From Mustelus asterias (Eukaryota), in assembly GCF_964213995.1 (NCBI RefSeq), contig NW_027591173.1, positions 1 to 64,000 on the forward strand: a stretch of 64,000 bases of DNA. Direction: 5' to 3'. This document shows positions 35,569-48,249 of this stretch, piece after piece. The position numbers and the translations under genes are program-made. Under the pieces are notes generated by a model, which made no database searches, was not told where the DNA came from, and saw nothing but the letters and a program-made list of their open reading frames with translations. Within the stretch, counting starts at the first letter, position 1, and each line of letters starts with the position of its first letter.

Positions 35569-36122
35569 GGTGTGGTACCCTTGTGTCTCTCCAGATTGGA
35601 TGATCAGTTGAAGCCTCGTCCAAACATGGAATACGTGTATGGTTTCTCCCCGCTGGGAATGGTATGATTTTCTTTCAGGCTGTGTAACTGGTTAAAGCTC
35701 TTTCCACAGTCAGTTCACTGGAACACTCACTCGGGTGTGTGTGTCTCGGTGCTTTTCCAGTCACACCGATGCTTGAACTCTTTCCCCACAGGCAGAACAG
35801 AGAAACATTTCTCCTTCCACAGTGAAAGGTCGATGATATTTAGCTCTTGATTAATTCAGTGACTCTGACTGATTGCAAAGAAATGTTTTTCTGTCTTCAG
35901 ATCATCTCCTACTAACTCCCTGTAAAAAGAATTGACGGTGTCAGTGTCACTCAGTCCAGGATAGAAATTCAGAACAGAAATATCTAGTTTCTGTGCAACA
36001 TTCCCACCCTCTGTTCTTCCAAATATGTGATCCAATTAAACTAAAATAAGCTAAAATCAGCAACAAAGTCCTCACAAAAGGAAAGGGAATGTTCTTAACT
36101 AAACCAGAATGTTTTTTACAAA

Positions 36123-37010
36123 CACATGAACAAGGAGCTGAAGTGGGCCATTCAGCCCCTCCACCATTTATTAAGACTGTGGCTGATTTGATAGTAACCT
36201 CAAATCTGCAAGATGCTTACCTCTGATAATCTATCACCCCCTTGCTTACCAAGAATCTATTCACCTCTGCCTTAAAAATATTCAAAGATTCTGCTTCCAC
36301 TACTTTTTCAGAAAGAGAGTTTCAAAGACTCACAACCCTCTGAGTGAAAGAATTTCTCCTGACCTCTGGTTTAAACGGACGACTCCTTATTTTTAAACAG
36401 TGACCCCTAATTCTAAGTTCTCTCACAGGAGGAAGCAGCCTCTTCACAACCACCTTGACAAGACATCTCAGGATCTTATAATGGTTTAGTCAAGTCTCCT
36501 CTTGGTATTCTAAACTCCAGTGGATACAAGCCAAGTCTGTTCAACCTTTCCTTACAAGACAATACACCCATTGCTGCTATTAGTCTGTTAAACCTTCTCT
36601 GAACTGCTTCCAACATATTGACATCCTTCCTTTAATAAGGTAACCAATACTGTACACAATATTCTAAATGTGGTCTCACCAATGCCCTGCACAACTGAAG
36701 CATAACCTGGTTACTTTTGCAATCAACTCCCTCACAATAAATGGTAACATGCTATTAGCTTTCCTAATTACTTGCCCTGCCTGTATAAGGGCCTTCTGTG
36801 ATTCATGCACTGTGACACAAAGGTCTCTCTGCACCTCAGAGCTCTGCAATCTCTCACCATTTAGATAAGTTTATCTTTTATTCTTTCTGCCAAAGTGGAC
36901 ATTTTACAGTTGCCCAATTCTACTCCATTTACCAGTTTTTTGCCCACTCACTTATCCTATGTGTATATTTTTGTAGTCTCCTTATGTCATATTTACGACT
37001 TATTTTCCTG
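36123..37010 (-). mobile_element. Older CR1 3' fragment
   Basis: Degraded CR1 ORF2 3' end and UTR on the minus strand. Confidence 0.7.
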
Positions 37011-37455
37011 CTTATAGTAGATTGGCCATGCTTAGTGTCCAAAGATATGTAGGTTAGGTAGTCTAACCATGATGAAATGTGTGGCATTATAGGGATAGGG
37101 CTGGTGGTGGGCCTGGGTAAGGTGCTCTTTTGGAGAGTCAGGGCAGACCTTATGGGCCAAATGGCCTCCTTCTCCACTGTACGGATTCAATGCTTCTATG
37201 GTTTATCTTGTGTGATCATCAAATTTGGCAATCATTGCTGCAATTCCTTCATCAAAGTCATTTCAATATATTGTAAACAGTTCAGTTCCCAGCAGTGATT
37301 CCTGTGGCACACCACTTGCCAAAAGGGCCACCTAGATTTCCCTCAGTGTACCTGAACAGGCGCCGGTGTGTGACAGTAACTTCATTGCCGTGTTAATTTA
37401 CCCTACTTGCGGCACTAATAAATAAACTTTAAACGTTAATGATCCACAAACTCCT

Positions 37456-37752
37456 CTGGGCAGCACAGTGGTTAGCACTGTTGCCTCACAGCGCCAGGGA
37501 CCCCGGGTGCTTTCCCAGCTTGGGTCACTGTCTGTGTGGAGTTTGCACGTTCTCCCCGTGCCTGCGTGGGTTTCCTCCGGGTGCTTCTGTTTCCTCCCAC
37601 AATCCGAAAGACGTGCTGGTTAGGTGTATTGGCCATGCTAAATTCTCCCTCAGTGTACCTGAACAAGCGCCGGAGTGTGGCAACTGGGGGATTTTCACAG
37701 TAACTTCATTGCAGTGTTAATGTAAGCCTACTTGCGACACTAATAAATAAAC
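37456..37752 (+). mobile_element. V-SINE with alternative tail (extra tail copy at 37335-37432)
   Basis: Head, V-domain, tail gtaagcctacttgcgacactaataaataaa. Confidence 0.82.
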
Positions 37753-37759
37753 GTTGAAA

Positions 37760-38180
37760 CTTTCTATTGGTTCCTGTGACTCTGCGGGAACTGGGACCTC
37801 ATTGGAAACAGACACTAAAGCCCCGCCCTCTATTGCGTCACCAAGGGGGGCACGCATGCGCGCCATTCCCCGTTGGAACAAGATGGCGGCCGTTAACTAC
37901 GCCTTTGTCCCGGGAAACAGACACGGAGCTGCAGACACGGGACCTTCAGGTCAGTATTTGGGGTTTGAGGCTTTCACCACGTGTTTCGAAACATTCCCCG
38001 TTCCACGGTTGGCACTATCACTCCCTCTCGGTCACCATATTCTTACCCGTTTGGAGATACGACGAACAACAAACACTCCGTTGGCCATTGCTGCGCATGC
38101 TCCGAATACAGAGCGCTATTGCGTTTGCGCACTGCCCTGGATAGGGGACATCCACCGCCGCGGAGAACTCTGGGTAAAGT
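37760..38180. promoter_or_regulatory. CpG-island bidirectional promoter between ZNF 35568(-) and ZNF 39807(+)
   Basis: ATTGG boxes, ccccgccc, cgcatgcgcg, perfect YY1 caagatggcggc, tgcgcatgctc, donor-like caggtcagt and gggtaaag. Confidence 0.7.
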
Positions 38181-38869
38181 ACCCACCATCTACTGTCCAA
38201 ATTAATTTTTCTGCTATGATGTGGGGATTAGGGCGGCGAGGCAAATAAATGAAGTTAGGAACCAAATAAAATGAAAATCCAAGTGCACAGATCCTCCATA
38301 GAAAGAAGGAAAGTGCGAATTGGTGGAGAATCAAGAGTTCACAAAGCAGTGGCAAGAACTGCAGAAACCAACCCCTGCAATCACATAGGAACTGACCAAG
38401 TGAATCCTATCAGTGAGTAATTGTATGACCTCGTGTATGACTTAGATCATATATTTTAGTCATGTTAGCACACTAATAAAACTGAATTACTGGAAACAGG
38501 CTGCAGCTCTTTTCATTTTCATTTACTACAGTATGCAGGTGTCACTGGCATCTATTATCATTGCTGAATACTTTTGAGAAGGTGATGATAATCTGTCTTC
38601 CCTAACCACAGCAGCCCATGGAGGTTTCGGATGGTTTCTGGGTCCCCAGAATATTAGCCTGGGCCTTTGGATTACTAGTCCTGTGATATTACCACTGTGT
38701 CACCATCTTCCATCACAAAAAATACTCATTTTAGCATTTCCTGCTATTGAGGCAATTTTGTATCCAAAATGTAACTTGCTCATGGATCTCTTGAGATTTG
38801 ATGTTTCTGCCCAGTCTGCCATGTGGGAACACTGTAGATGTGGATAGAATGTTTCCTTGTGTGGGAGAA

Positions 38870-39135
38870 TGGGTGGCACAGTGGTTAGCACTGCTGCCTG
38901 ACAGCGTCGGAGACCTGGGTTCAATTCCCAGCTTGGGGCACTGCCTGTTCGGAGTCTGCACATTCTCCGTGGGTTTCCTCCCACAGTCCAAAAGACGTGC
39001 TGGTTAGGTGCATTGGCCATGCTAACTTCTCCCTCAGTGTATCCGAACCGTGGTTAGAGTGTGGCGAGGCGGGGATTTTCACAGTAACTTAATTGCAGTG
39101 TTAATGTAAGCCTACTTGTGACACTAGTAAATAAA
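38870..39135 (+). mobile_element. V-SINE with alternative tail
   Basis: gggtggcacagtggttagcactgctgcc...gtaagcctacttgtgacactagtaaataaa. Confidence 0.82.
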
Positions 39136-39806
39136 TAAGTAGAATCATCCAAAATGAGGGGCCAGAAATGTAAGATAGTCACAGACAAATCCAATAGGGG
39201 AAATAAGGAGAAATGTGTTGATCAGAGCAGCTACAATGTGGAACTCGCTACTACAGGAAATAGTTGTGGCAAAAAACCTTTCAAAATGAAACAAAATGAG
39301 TGGATAAGAGGGAAAAGAATAGAATGAGAAAGTGAAAGACTGAGCTGAGGGAGGTGGAATGGAAGGAGATGCTTGTGGAGTATCAACAACAGCAGAGACT
39401 GACTGGGCCAAATGGCCAGTTTCTGTTATGTATATTCTGTGTAATTCCATATAAACTGTTTCCACAGGATGTTCGAAGAGGAGGATTTACAGATAGGAAA
39501 AAAAATAATTTTTAAGATCTTCAGAGTGACACAATTCATCAGGACCTGAATATCATCGGCTGTTCAATGTGGAAGGAAAAATGCTTTTCTGTTCAAACAT
39601 CAGTGTGACTGGAAAAGCACCGAGACACACACACACCCGAGTGAGAGTGTTCCAGTGAACTGACTGTGGAAAGAGCTTTAACCAATTACACAGCCTGAAA
39701 AAAACATCACACCATTCGCAGCGAGGAGAAACTGTACACGTGGTTTATGTGTGGTTGAGGCTTCAACTGATCATCCAACCTGGAGAGAGACAATGACACT
39801 GGCACC

Positions 39807-40313
39807 ATGGAGAAACCATGGAAATGTGGGGACTGTGGGAAGGGATTCAAATACCAATCTCGGCTGGAATATCATCGACACACTCACACTGGGGAGAGAC
39901 CGTTCCTCTGCTCCATGTGCGGGAAGGGATTCACTCGGTCATCCGACCTTCTGAGACACCAAACCACTCACAATGAGGAAAGACCATTCACCTGCTCCAC
40001 GTGTGAGAAGGCATTCATTCAATCATCCGATCTCAGGATACACCAGCGAGTTCACACTGGAGAGAGGCCATTCACCTGCTCTGACTGTGGGAAGAGATTC
40101 AGTCAGTCAGCCCACCTGCTGGCACACCAGCGAGTTCACACTGGGGAAAAGCCGTTCACCTGCTCTGAGTGTGGGAAAGCATTCATCCATTCATCCCACC
40201 TGTTGAGACACCAGCGAGTTCACACTGGGGAGAAGTTGTTTAACTGCTCCATGTGTGGGAAGGGATTCACTCAGTCACCCCATCTGGTGAGACACCAGCG
40301 GCTTCACAAATGA
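39807..40313 (+). CDS. C2H2 zinc-finger protein, 6 intact fingers
   Basis: [10 protein letters not shown]...HQRLHK; caccATGG; acceptor ccacag at about 39467; AATAAA at about 40435. Confidence 0.87.
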   Translation: MEKPWKCGDCGKGFKYQSRLEYHRHTHTGERPFLCSMCGKGFTRSSDLLRHQTTHNEERPFTCSTCEKAFIQSSDLRIHQRVHTGERPFTCSDCGKRFSQSAHLLAHQRVHTGEKPFTCSECGKAFIHSSHLLRHQRVHTGEKLFNCSMCGKGFTQSPHLVRHQRLHK

Positions 40314-41177
40314 CTGCAGGGATTAGATTCTGCTGTTAATCACATCCAGAACTGAACCATGTTCATTCTGACAGTTAGTGTTTCCTTCTGCTGAAAATAA
40401 TTTAACTGAAGTTTTATATTCTGGTTATATGTCCAATAAACCAGCTTTGTTTTGAACCTATTGTTTTAGATTTTTATCTTTCCCACCCAAGTGTTTAACA
40501 TCACCTGTCTGGGGCTCAAAAAGGACAATCTGGGGGAGGATCGTACGGCAGGAACGGAACTTCAGGCTGGACACAGTCCAGGAACACGGTGACCATCCAC
40601 ATTTTGTCCCTGTTGAATAAAATCAAACACAGCGTTTATTCTCCATCCAGTTATCTGACCTTTTCTATTTGTACAGCTTACACTGATCTCCCTGGTAACA
40701 GTTATTGTGCTTCCTTCCCTCATTTCCAATTAGTTATTATAAAATCTGTTTCTTCCAATCTATCTGGAACATCAGGTGGACCTTCCCAAGTGGAATTGAG
40801 ACAGAGGTGAGATCAGCCATGATCAGATTGAATGGTGGAGCAGGCTTGAGGGGCTGAATTGCCGACTCCTGTTCCTAGTTCTTACGTTTTTCAGTTAACT
40901 ATCATCACTGTCCCTGTGAGGGAATGTTTCTATCCTGGACTCGCTGTGATGGATTTTGGAAACTCCTTTCAAATGGACTTAGAGGGGGAGGATTTACACA
41001 TCGTAAACCTAAACTAAGAAAAATATTTGTCTTTGATCAATCTTTAACTTTGGACATTTTTTTCACAGGACTTCAGAAGCTCAGTGGTGGAAGGCAAAAA
41101 ACTCAAACAAAACATCGCAGCAGCATCTGACGCTATCACCTAAATAATTGTAATCCGAATATTATTGTAAGTTGAAC

Positions 41178-41810
41178 ATGGAAGGGGAAAGCACGGTTAA
41201 CAGTGGGGAGAAACCATACACGTGTTCTGTGAGTGGACAAGGATCCAGCCCATCACCTGGCCTGTCAAGACACCAGCACAGTCAAGCTGGGGGAAACCAT
41301 GGAAATGTGGGGACTGTGGGAAGGGATTCATTTGTTCATTCCCCCCCGAAACACCTGCTGAAACACAAGTGGGCTCACACTGGGGAGAGGCCTTCTTCCT
41401 GCCATAAGTGTGCGAAGGGATTTACTACCTCATCCATCTTGTTGACACACCAGTGTGTTCACACAGGGGAGAGGTCATTCACATGCCCTGAGTGTGGGAA
41501 GGAATTCACTCGTTCATCTATCCTGCTGAATCACCAGCGAGTTCACACTGGGGAGAGAGCTTTTACCTACCTGCTCTGAGTGTAGAAAAAGATTCACTGA
41601 TTCATCCAACCTGCTGAAACACCAGCGAATTCACAATGGGGAGAGGCTGTTTATCTGTTCTGAGTGTGGGAAGGGATTCACTCAGTCATCTATCCTGCTG
41701 AAACACCCAGCGAGGTTCACACTGGGGAGAGACCGTTAACCTGCTCTGTGTGTGGGAAGGAATTTACTCCATTATCTCAGCTGCTGAAACACCAGCAAGT
41801 TCATGAGTGA
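41178..41810 (+). pseudogene. C2H2 ZNF pseudogene (MEG-start type)
   Basis: [16 protein letters not shown]..., several frameshifts across about 7 fingers. Confidence 0.82.
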
Positions 41811-42670
41811 CTGGATTTGCTGTTAATCACACGCAGGACTGAACCGTTCTCATTGGCACCTGTTTCTGCTGATGTTAATCAGCCCCAGCCCAGTTGTAGA
41901 GCTTATGTTGTGGGTTAAAAGTCAAATAAACCGGCGATGTGTGAAATACGGTTTGATGAATGTTTATAATTTCTCTGACACAGGTTAGTTCCTTTTGAAG
42001 AGCTCCCCTCCTCCACTGTCTCCTCCATCGTCACCTCAACAGCAAGTATGAGGACTCATGGAGCTTCTTTGTCACTTAGTCAGGGATTCTGCTGTAATTG
42101 CTGCTGTTAATCACATCCAGGACTGAACCATGTTCATTCTGACAGTCCCTATAACTGGAATGGAGACTGTCAAGTAACTGAGCTTTGTTTAAACCTATTG
42201 TATATTTTTGTCTTTCCCACCTGAGTGTTTAACATCACTTGATTGGAACTCAGAAAGGGTAATCTAGGGGAGGATCATATGGCAGGAAGAGAACTTCAAC
42301 CTGGACACAGTCCTTCAGGGTCACACTGAGAGGGACAAACAGCACTTTGGTCTTTCTAGAAAACCATAAGACATCGGAGCATTAGGCCACTCAGCCCATC
42401 GATTCTGCTCTGCCATTCAATCATGGTTGAAACTTTTCTCATCCTCATTCGCCTGCCTTTTCCCCATAACCCCTGATCCCCTAATTAATCAAGAACCTAT
42501 CTATCTCTGTTCTAAAGACACTCAATGACCCGGCCTCCACAGCCTTCTGCGCTAAAGAGTTCCACAGATTCACCACTCTCTGGCTGAAGAAAGAAGGGCA
42601 TGGACAGGGTGCACTGGGAGCAGCTGTTCCTCTTAGTTGAAGAGTCAGTTATGAGGGGACACAAGATAAA

Positions 42671-42810
42671 AGCACAGTCAAGCTGGGGGAAACCATGGAA
42701 ATGTGGGGACTGTGGGAAGTGATTCATTTGTTCATTCCACCCCCCCTCCCCCTTCCCCCCCCCCCCCCCCCCCCCACCCCCCCGGCTGAAGCACAAGTGG
42801 GCTCACCCTC
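42671..42810 (+). pseudogene. Duplicated ZNF fragment with poly-C expansion
   Basis: Matches 41274-41380 with an expanded C tract. Confidence 0.75.
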
Positions 42811-43114
42811 CACTTTATCTTTATCTCACCTCTCTTCACTGACAGCAAAATCTCCATGTGGGTTAATCCTGAGGTGCGTGAGAAATGTGTCCAGCCGCTC
42901 TCTTCCATGACTCTGAGCTCCTGGACACGGAACAGAAACTCCTTTACAATGTGTTTTAGAGTCAGGAAGAACAACAGTGAATAATGGAAACGGGCTGTCA
43001 AATCAGAGATTGGTGTAAAATTGGGATCTGTTCCTGACTGAGTAAAATGGCAGGTTTAAGTTTCAAAATGTTAGTGTAACATTTGTGAATCTACCAATGT
43101 AAGGTCATGGTAAC

Positions 43115-43480
43115 AGAATCACAGATTACTACAGTGCAGAAGATGCCCTTTGGCCCATCGAGTCTGCACTGATGCATGAAAGGCCCTGACCTGCCCACCT
43201 AATCCCACTTGCCAGCACTTGGCCCATGTTATGAATGTTATGGCGTGCCAGGTACTCATGCAGGTACTTTTTGAAGGATGTGAGGCATCCCGCCTCCACC
43301 CCCTCTCAGGCAGTGCATTCCAGACTGTCACCACCCTCTGGGTAAAGTTTTTCCTCAAATCCCCCCTAAACCTCCAACCCCCCACTTTTATCTTGTGTCC
43401 CCTTGTAACTGACTGTTCAACTAAGGGGAACAGTTGCTCCCTCTGCACCCTGTCCATGCCCCTCATAATCTTCAACACAT
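43115..43480 (-). mobile_element. CR1 3' fragment
   Basis: KIMRGMDRV...TRGHK...FTQRVVTVWNALP. Confidence 0.8.
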
Positions 43481-43689
43481 CAAGTTACATTTCTATATGG
43501 AACCTTTAACCATTTCTCCCCTTCCATTGACTTCAATGTGATGGAAGCTGACTGTTAGAATGTCAACATATAAAATATATTTACAAATGATTGGACAGTT
43601 TCTTACATTTGGGATCTTTCTCTGTTTTGTGCACTTGAGGTGATAGATAACAGACTTTCTCATGTGACTATCTAGCAGGAATATTAGTT

Positions 43690-43980
43690 TTAAAGTTCTT
43701 TTTTATTAGTGTCACAAGTAGGCTTACATTAACACTGCAATGAAGTTACAGTGAAAATTCCCCAGTCGCCACACTCCAGCACCTATTCGGGTACACTGAA
43801 GGAGAATTTAGCATAGCCAATGCCCTAACCAGCACAAGAAAACCAGAACATCCAGAGAAAACCCACACAGGCACAGGGAGAATGTGCAGACTCCACATAG
43901 ATAGTGACCCAAGTCAAGAATTGAACCCATGTCCCTGGTGCTGTGAGGCAGCAGTGCTAACTACTGTGCCACCGTGCCGT
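43690..43980 (-). mobile_element. V-SINE with alternative tail
   Basis: Reverse complement of head, V-domain and tail. Confidence 0.8.
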
Positions 43981-44261
43981 CCAAAATCAGTTGTGAAACA
44001 CAAATAATCTGATTTTAAGGCTTCCTGGTGCAATAAACTGATCATGCTCTTCCCAGCTAACACCATTTCACACCCGCATCTGTTGGATTTTAATGTGATT
44101 GTCCAATGTAGAAACCTTGCATCTTTTAGCCACTTTGAATTCATACACGCCCTTCTCCCTCCACCCCCTTCTCCCTCCCCCCCCCTTCTCGCTCCCCCCC
44201 CCCCCCCACCCCACCTAAAGAGATTGTCTTTGAAATCAGTCGTTCCTGAATGATATAAAAT

Positions 44262-44607
44262 TGTGTATAAAATTATGAAGGGCATAGATAGAGTGAACAG
44301 TGGGAAGCTTTTTCCCAGGTCGGAGGTGACGAACACAAGGGGTCACGGGTTCAAGGTGAGGGGGGCAAGGTTAAACACAGATGTCAGGGGGACGTATTTT
44401 ACACAGAGGGTGGTGGGGGCCTGGAATGCACTGCCAAGCAAGGTGATTGAGGCGGACACGCTGGGATTGTTTAAGACTCATCTAGATAACCACATGAACA
44501 GACTGGGAATAGAGGGATACAAAAGAATGGTCTAGTGGGCACATGAGCAGCGCAGGCTTAGAGGGCCAAAGGGCCTGTTCCTGTGCTGTATTGTTCTTTG
44601 TTCTTTG
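44262..44607 (+). mobile_element. CR1 3' fragment
   Basis: YKIMKGIDRV...EGYKRMV plus tail. Confidence 0.85.
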
Positions 44608-44731
44608 ATGACAATATAAGCTTCTCTCTAACCTGTCCAAAACCTCCTGTCAGTTCATTAATTGAAACCAGGGACTCTCTCCCTTTTTAACCTGTCGGCA
44701 CGGTTATTCCTTTAATTTACCTCTTGAATTA

Positions 44732-46199
44732 AACAAAGAACGAAGAACAATACAGCACAGGAACAGGCCCTTCGGCCCTCCAAGCCCGTGCCGCTCCCTG
44801 GTCCAACTAGACCATTCTTTTGTATCCCTCCATTCCCACTCCGTTCATATGGCTCTCTAGATAAGTCTTAAATGTTCCCAGTGTGTCCGCCTCCACCACC
44901 TTGCCTGGCAGCGCATTCCAGGACCCCACCACCCTCTGTGTAAAATATATCCTTCTGATATCTGTGTTAAACCTCCCCCCCTTCACCTTGAACCTATGAC
45001 CCCTCGTGAACGTCACCACCGACCTGGGGAAAAGCTTCCCACCGTTCACCCTATCTATGCCTTTCATAATTTTATACACCTCTATTAAGTCTCCCCTCAT
45101 CCTCCGTCTTTCCAGGGAGAACAACCCCAGTTTACCCAATCTCTCCTCATAACTAAGCCCCTCCATACCAGGCAACATCCTGGTAAACCTCCTCTGTACT
45201 CTCTCCAAAGCCTCCACGTCCTTCTGGTAGTGTGGCGACCAGAACTGGACGCAGTACTCCAAATGCGGCCGAACCAACGTTCTATACATCTGCAACATCA
45301 GACCCCAACTTTTATACTCTATGCCCCGTCCTATAAAGGCAAGCATGCCATATGCCTTCTTCACCACCTTTTCCACCTGTGACGTCACCTTCAAGGATCT
45401 GTGGACTTGCACACCCAGGTCCCTCTGCGTATCTACACCCTTTATGGTTCTGCCATTTATCGTATAGCTCCTCCCTACATTATTTCTACCAAAATGCATC
45501 ACTTCGCATTTATCAGAATTGAACGCCATCTGCCATTTCTTTGCCCAAATTTGCAGCCTATCTATATCCTTCTGTAGCTTCTGACAATGCTCCTCACTAT
45601 CTGCAAGTCCTGCCAATTTTGTGTCGTCCGCAAACTTACTGATCACCCCAGTTACACCTTCTTCCAGATCGTTTATATAAATCACAAACAGCAGAGGTCC
45701 CAATACAGAGCCCTGCGGAACACCACTAGTCACAGGCCTCCAGCCGGAAAAAGACCCTTCCACTACCACCCTCTGTCTTCTGTGACCAAGCCAGTTCTCC
45801 ACCCATCTAGCCACCTCCCTCTTTATCCCATGAGATCCAACCTTTTTCACCAGCCTACCATGAGGGACTTTGTCAAACGCTTTACTAAAGTCCATATAGA
45901 CGACATCCACGGCCCTTCCCTCGACAACCATTCTGGTCACTTCTTCAAATAACTCCACCAGGCTAGTGAGGCATGACCTCCCTCTCACAAAATCATGCTG
46001 ACTATCGGTAATGAGTTTATTCCTTTCTAAATGCGCATACATCCTATCTCTAAGAATCTTCTCCAACAACCTCCCCACCACGGACGTTAAGCTCACCGGT
46101 CTATAATTACCCGGGTTATCCTTCCTACCCTTCTTAAATAACGGGACCACATTAGCTATCCTCCAATCCTCTGGGACCTCACATGCGTCCAGTGACGAG
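44732..46199 (-). mobile_element. Young CR1 LINE, 5'-truncated, uninterrupted RT frame
   Basis: About 460 stop-free codons: [46 protein letters not shown]. Confidence 0.92.
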
Positions 46200-46265
46200 A
46201 CACTGTTTGTGAATTGTTTGATGTTCCCATATCTCAGTGACAAATATTGAGCTGTTTGCTCCACG

Positions 46266-46679
46266 CAGTAAGAAGTCTCACAACCCCAGGTTAAAGTCCA
46301 ACAGGTTTATTTGGTCGCACAAGCCACTAGCTTTCGGAGCACTGCTCTTTCATCAGGTCAGTGGGAGTTCTGTTCACAAACAGGGCATATAAAGACACAA
46401 AATCAATTTACAAAATTTACAGCCTGCATACAATACGCATCTCTTTAACCTGTGCTTGACCCCCTCTCCACTCACATTGTCTGTACCTTTAAGACTTGAT
46501 TACCTTAAAGACTCGCATTCCAACCATTATTTTGTAAATTGAGTTTGTGTCTGTAAATGCCCTGTTTGTGAACAGAACTCCCACTCACCTGATGAAGGAG
46601 CAGCGCTCCGAAAGCTTGTGGCTTGTGCTACCAAATAAACCTGTTGGACTTTAACCTGGTGTTGTGAGACTTCTTACTG
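46266..46679. mobile_element. Penelope-like element with about 150-bp inverted arms, each holding a hammerhead core
   Basis: cagtaagaagtctcacaac...tttacaaaat / attttgtaaa...gtgagacttcttactg. Confidence 0.8.
46586..46620 (+). ncRNA. Minimal type I hammerhead ribozyme motif (mirror copy on minus strand at about 46324-46360)
   Basis: CAC-CTGATGA-A-GGAGC agc GCTCC-GAA-AGCT-T-GTG. Confidence 0.65.
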
Positions 46680-46837
46680 TACTAATACATGTGACAATAA
46701 TAAATCAAATTGTACGTTCAAATTGAAATTCTGTTCTCCAAGGGATGAGTTCAAAGATAAATAATTACTGCGCTTAATTCTTGAATTAATCCCTGCTGTC
46801 TGTGCTGAATGAACCCATCTCAGTGGTAAATGTTGAT

Positions 46838-47279
46838 GTGTTTGCTCCGCACCCACAGGGCTCCATCTGTTTGCTCCACACCCACAGGGCTCCATCTGTT
46901 TGCTCCGCACCCACAGGGCTCCATCTGTTTGCTTCGCACCCACAGGGCTCCATCTGTTTGCTCCACACCCACAGGGCTCCATCTGTTTGCTCCGCACCCA
47001 CAGGGCTCCATCTGTTTGCTTCGCACCCACAGGGCTCCATCTGTTTGCTCCACACCCACAGGGCTCCATCTGTTTGCTCCGCACCCACAGGGCTCCATCT
47101 GTTTGCTCCGCACCCACAGGGCTCCATCTGTTTGCTCCGCACCCACAGGGCTCCATCTGTTTGCTCCGCACCCACAGGGCTCCATCTGTTTGCTCCGCAC
47201 CCACAGGGCTCCATCTGTTTGCTCCGCACCCACAGGGCTCCATCTGTTTGCTCCGCACCCACAGGGCTCCATCTGTTTG
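46838..47279. repeat. 29-bp minisatellite (about 15 units)
   Basis: tgtttgctccgcacccacagggctccatc. Confidence 0.95.
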
Positions 47280-47339
47280 AAGCCACAAACAGAAAGGTCC
47301 AGTTTTCTCCTGGAGTTTGACACAAAGCAGCTTTCACAA

Positions 47340-47765
47340 TGATGCAGAGTTTCAGCCAATGAGAGCGATCCGGAGTCAGCCCCGCCCCTCATTCACTCCG
47401 ATTGGTTGGAGGACCAGCCGCTCCCGCTCAGTCCTCCAGCCCCGCCCCCTCTTCCTATTGGTCCGGAGCCGCCGTCAATCACAGTATGGAGTACATGCGC
47501 AGTGTGGATTAGCTTTGACCGATTCACAGACGGTGAGTTTGCGGCGTGGCCGGAGAGATAGAGTTGGCGGGTGGATGGAGAAGCTTCATAAGCACTTGTA
47601 ATGGACCTGAAAGCAGCATAAGGTGCTAACGGTCCCGAATTTGTATCTCTGCGGCAACAGCTGCTCCGCGCCGCTTCGCTCGGTAACAAACCCGGGTTAA
47701 CGGCCACCATCTTTGGGGCGATGTGCAGGAGTGCGCATGCTCGCTGCTTCCTGTCAGCAGGAGGA
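47340..47765. promoter_or_regulatory. CpG-island promoter upstream of ZNF 49034
   Basis: Inverted homolog of 1080-1215 (GC boxes, CCAAT, NRF1-like), plus ccaccatctt, tgcgcatgctc, cttcctg. Confidence 0.68.
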
Positions 47766-48249
47766 GAGAATGTTGTGAATTTCTCTCCGGGACTGACAGG
47801 GATGGACTTTGGAAACTCCTTTTACAGGGAGTTAGAAGGGGAGGATTTACACACAGAAAACTCAACCCAAGAGAAATATTTATCTCTTCTAAATTTCTGT
47901 CCTGGATTAACAGTGATTTTTGTTTTGTAATCTTGATTTACAGAATACGACAATTGGAAAATTCAAACCGAAGATCACATCACATCTGGCAGCCATCCCG
48001 TTCTTTAGAATCTGAATATCATCAGCTTTTGAATGTGAAAGGTCAAAGGTTTGTCTGCTCTGTCTGTTGGGAACGATTTCAGATTTCTGGGGTGGCACAG
48101 TGGTTAAGCATTACTGCAACACAACGCCAGAGACCCAGGTTCGATTCCAGCCTCGGGTGATTGTGTGGAGTTTGCATGTCCTCCCCCATATTTCCTCCCA
48201 CAGTCTAAAGATGTGCAGATGAGGTGGGTGGCCAATAACTGGTGTGAAG

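Noticed and set aside
35568-35810. Shared in-frame TGA codons upstream of ZNF ORFs as selenocysteine or readthrough
   Set aside because: The same leaders have frameshifts and lost Cys residues, and one copy has TAA; CpG decay in an ancestor is simpler
46674-47392. Long repetitive ORFs in all six frames
   Set aside because: Artefact of a stop-free 29-bp minisatellite
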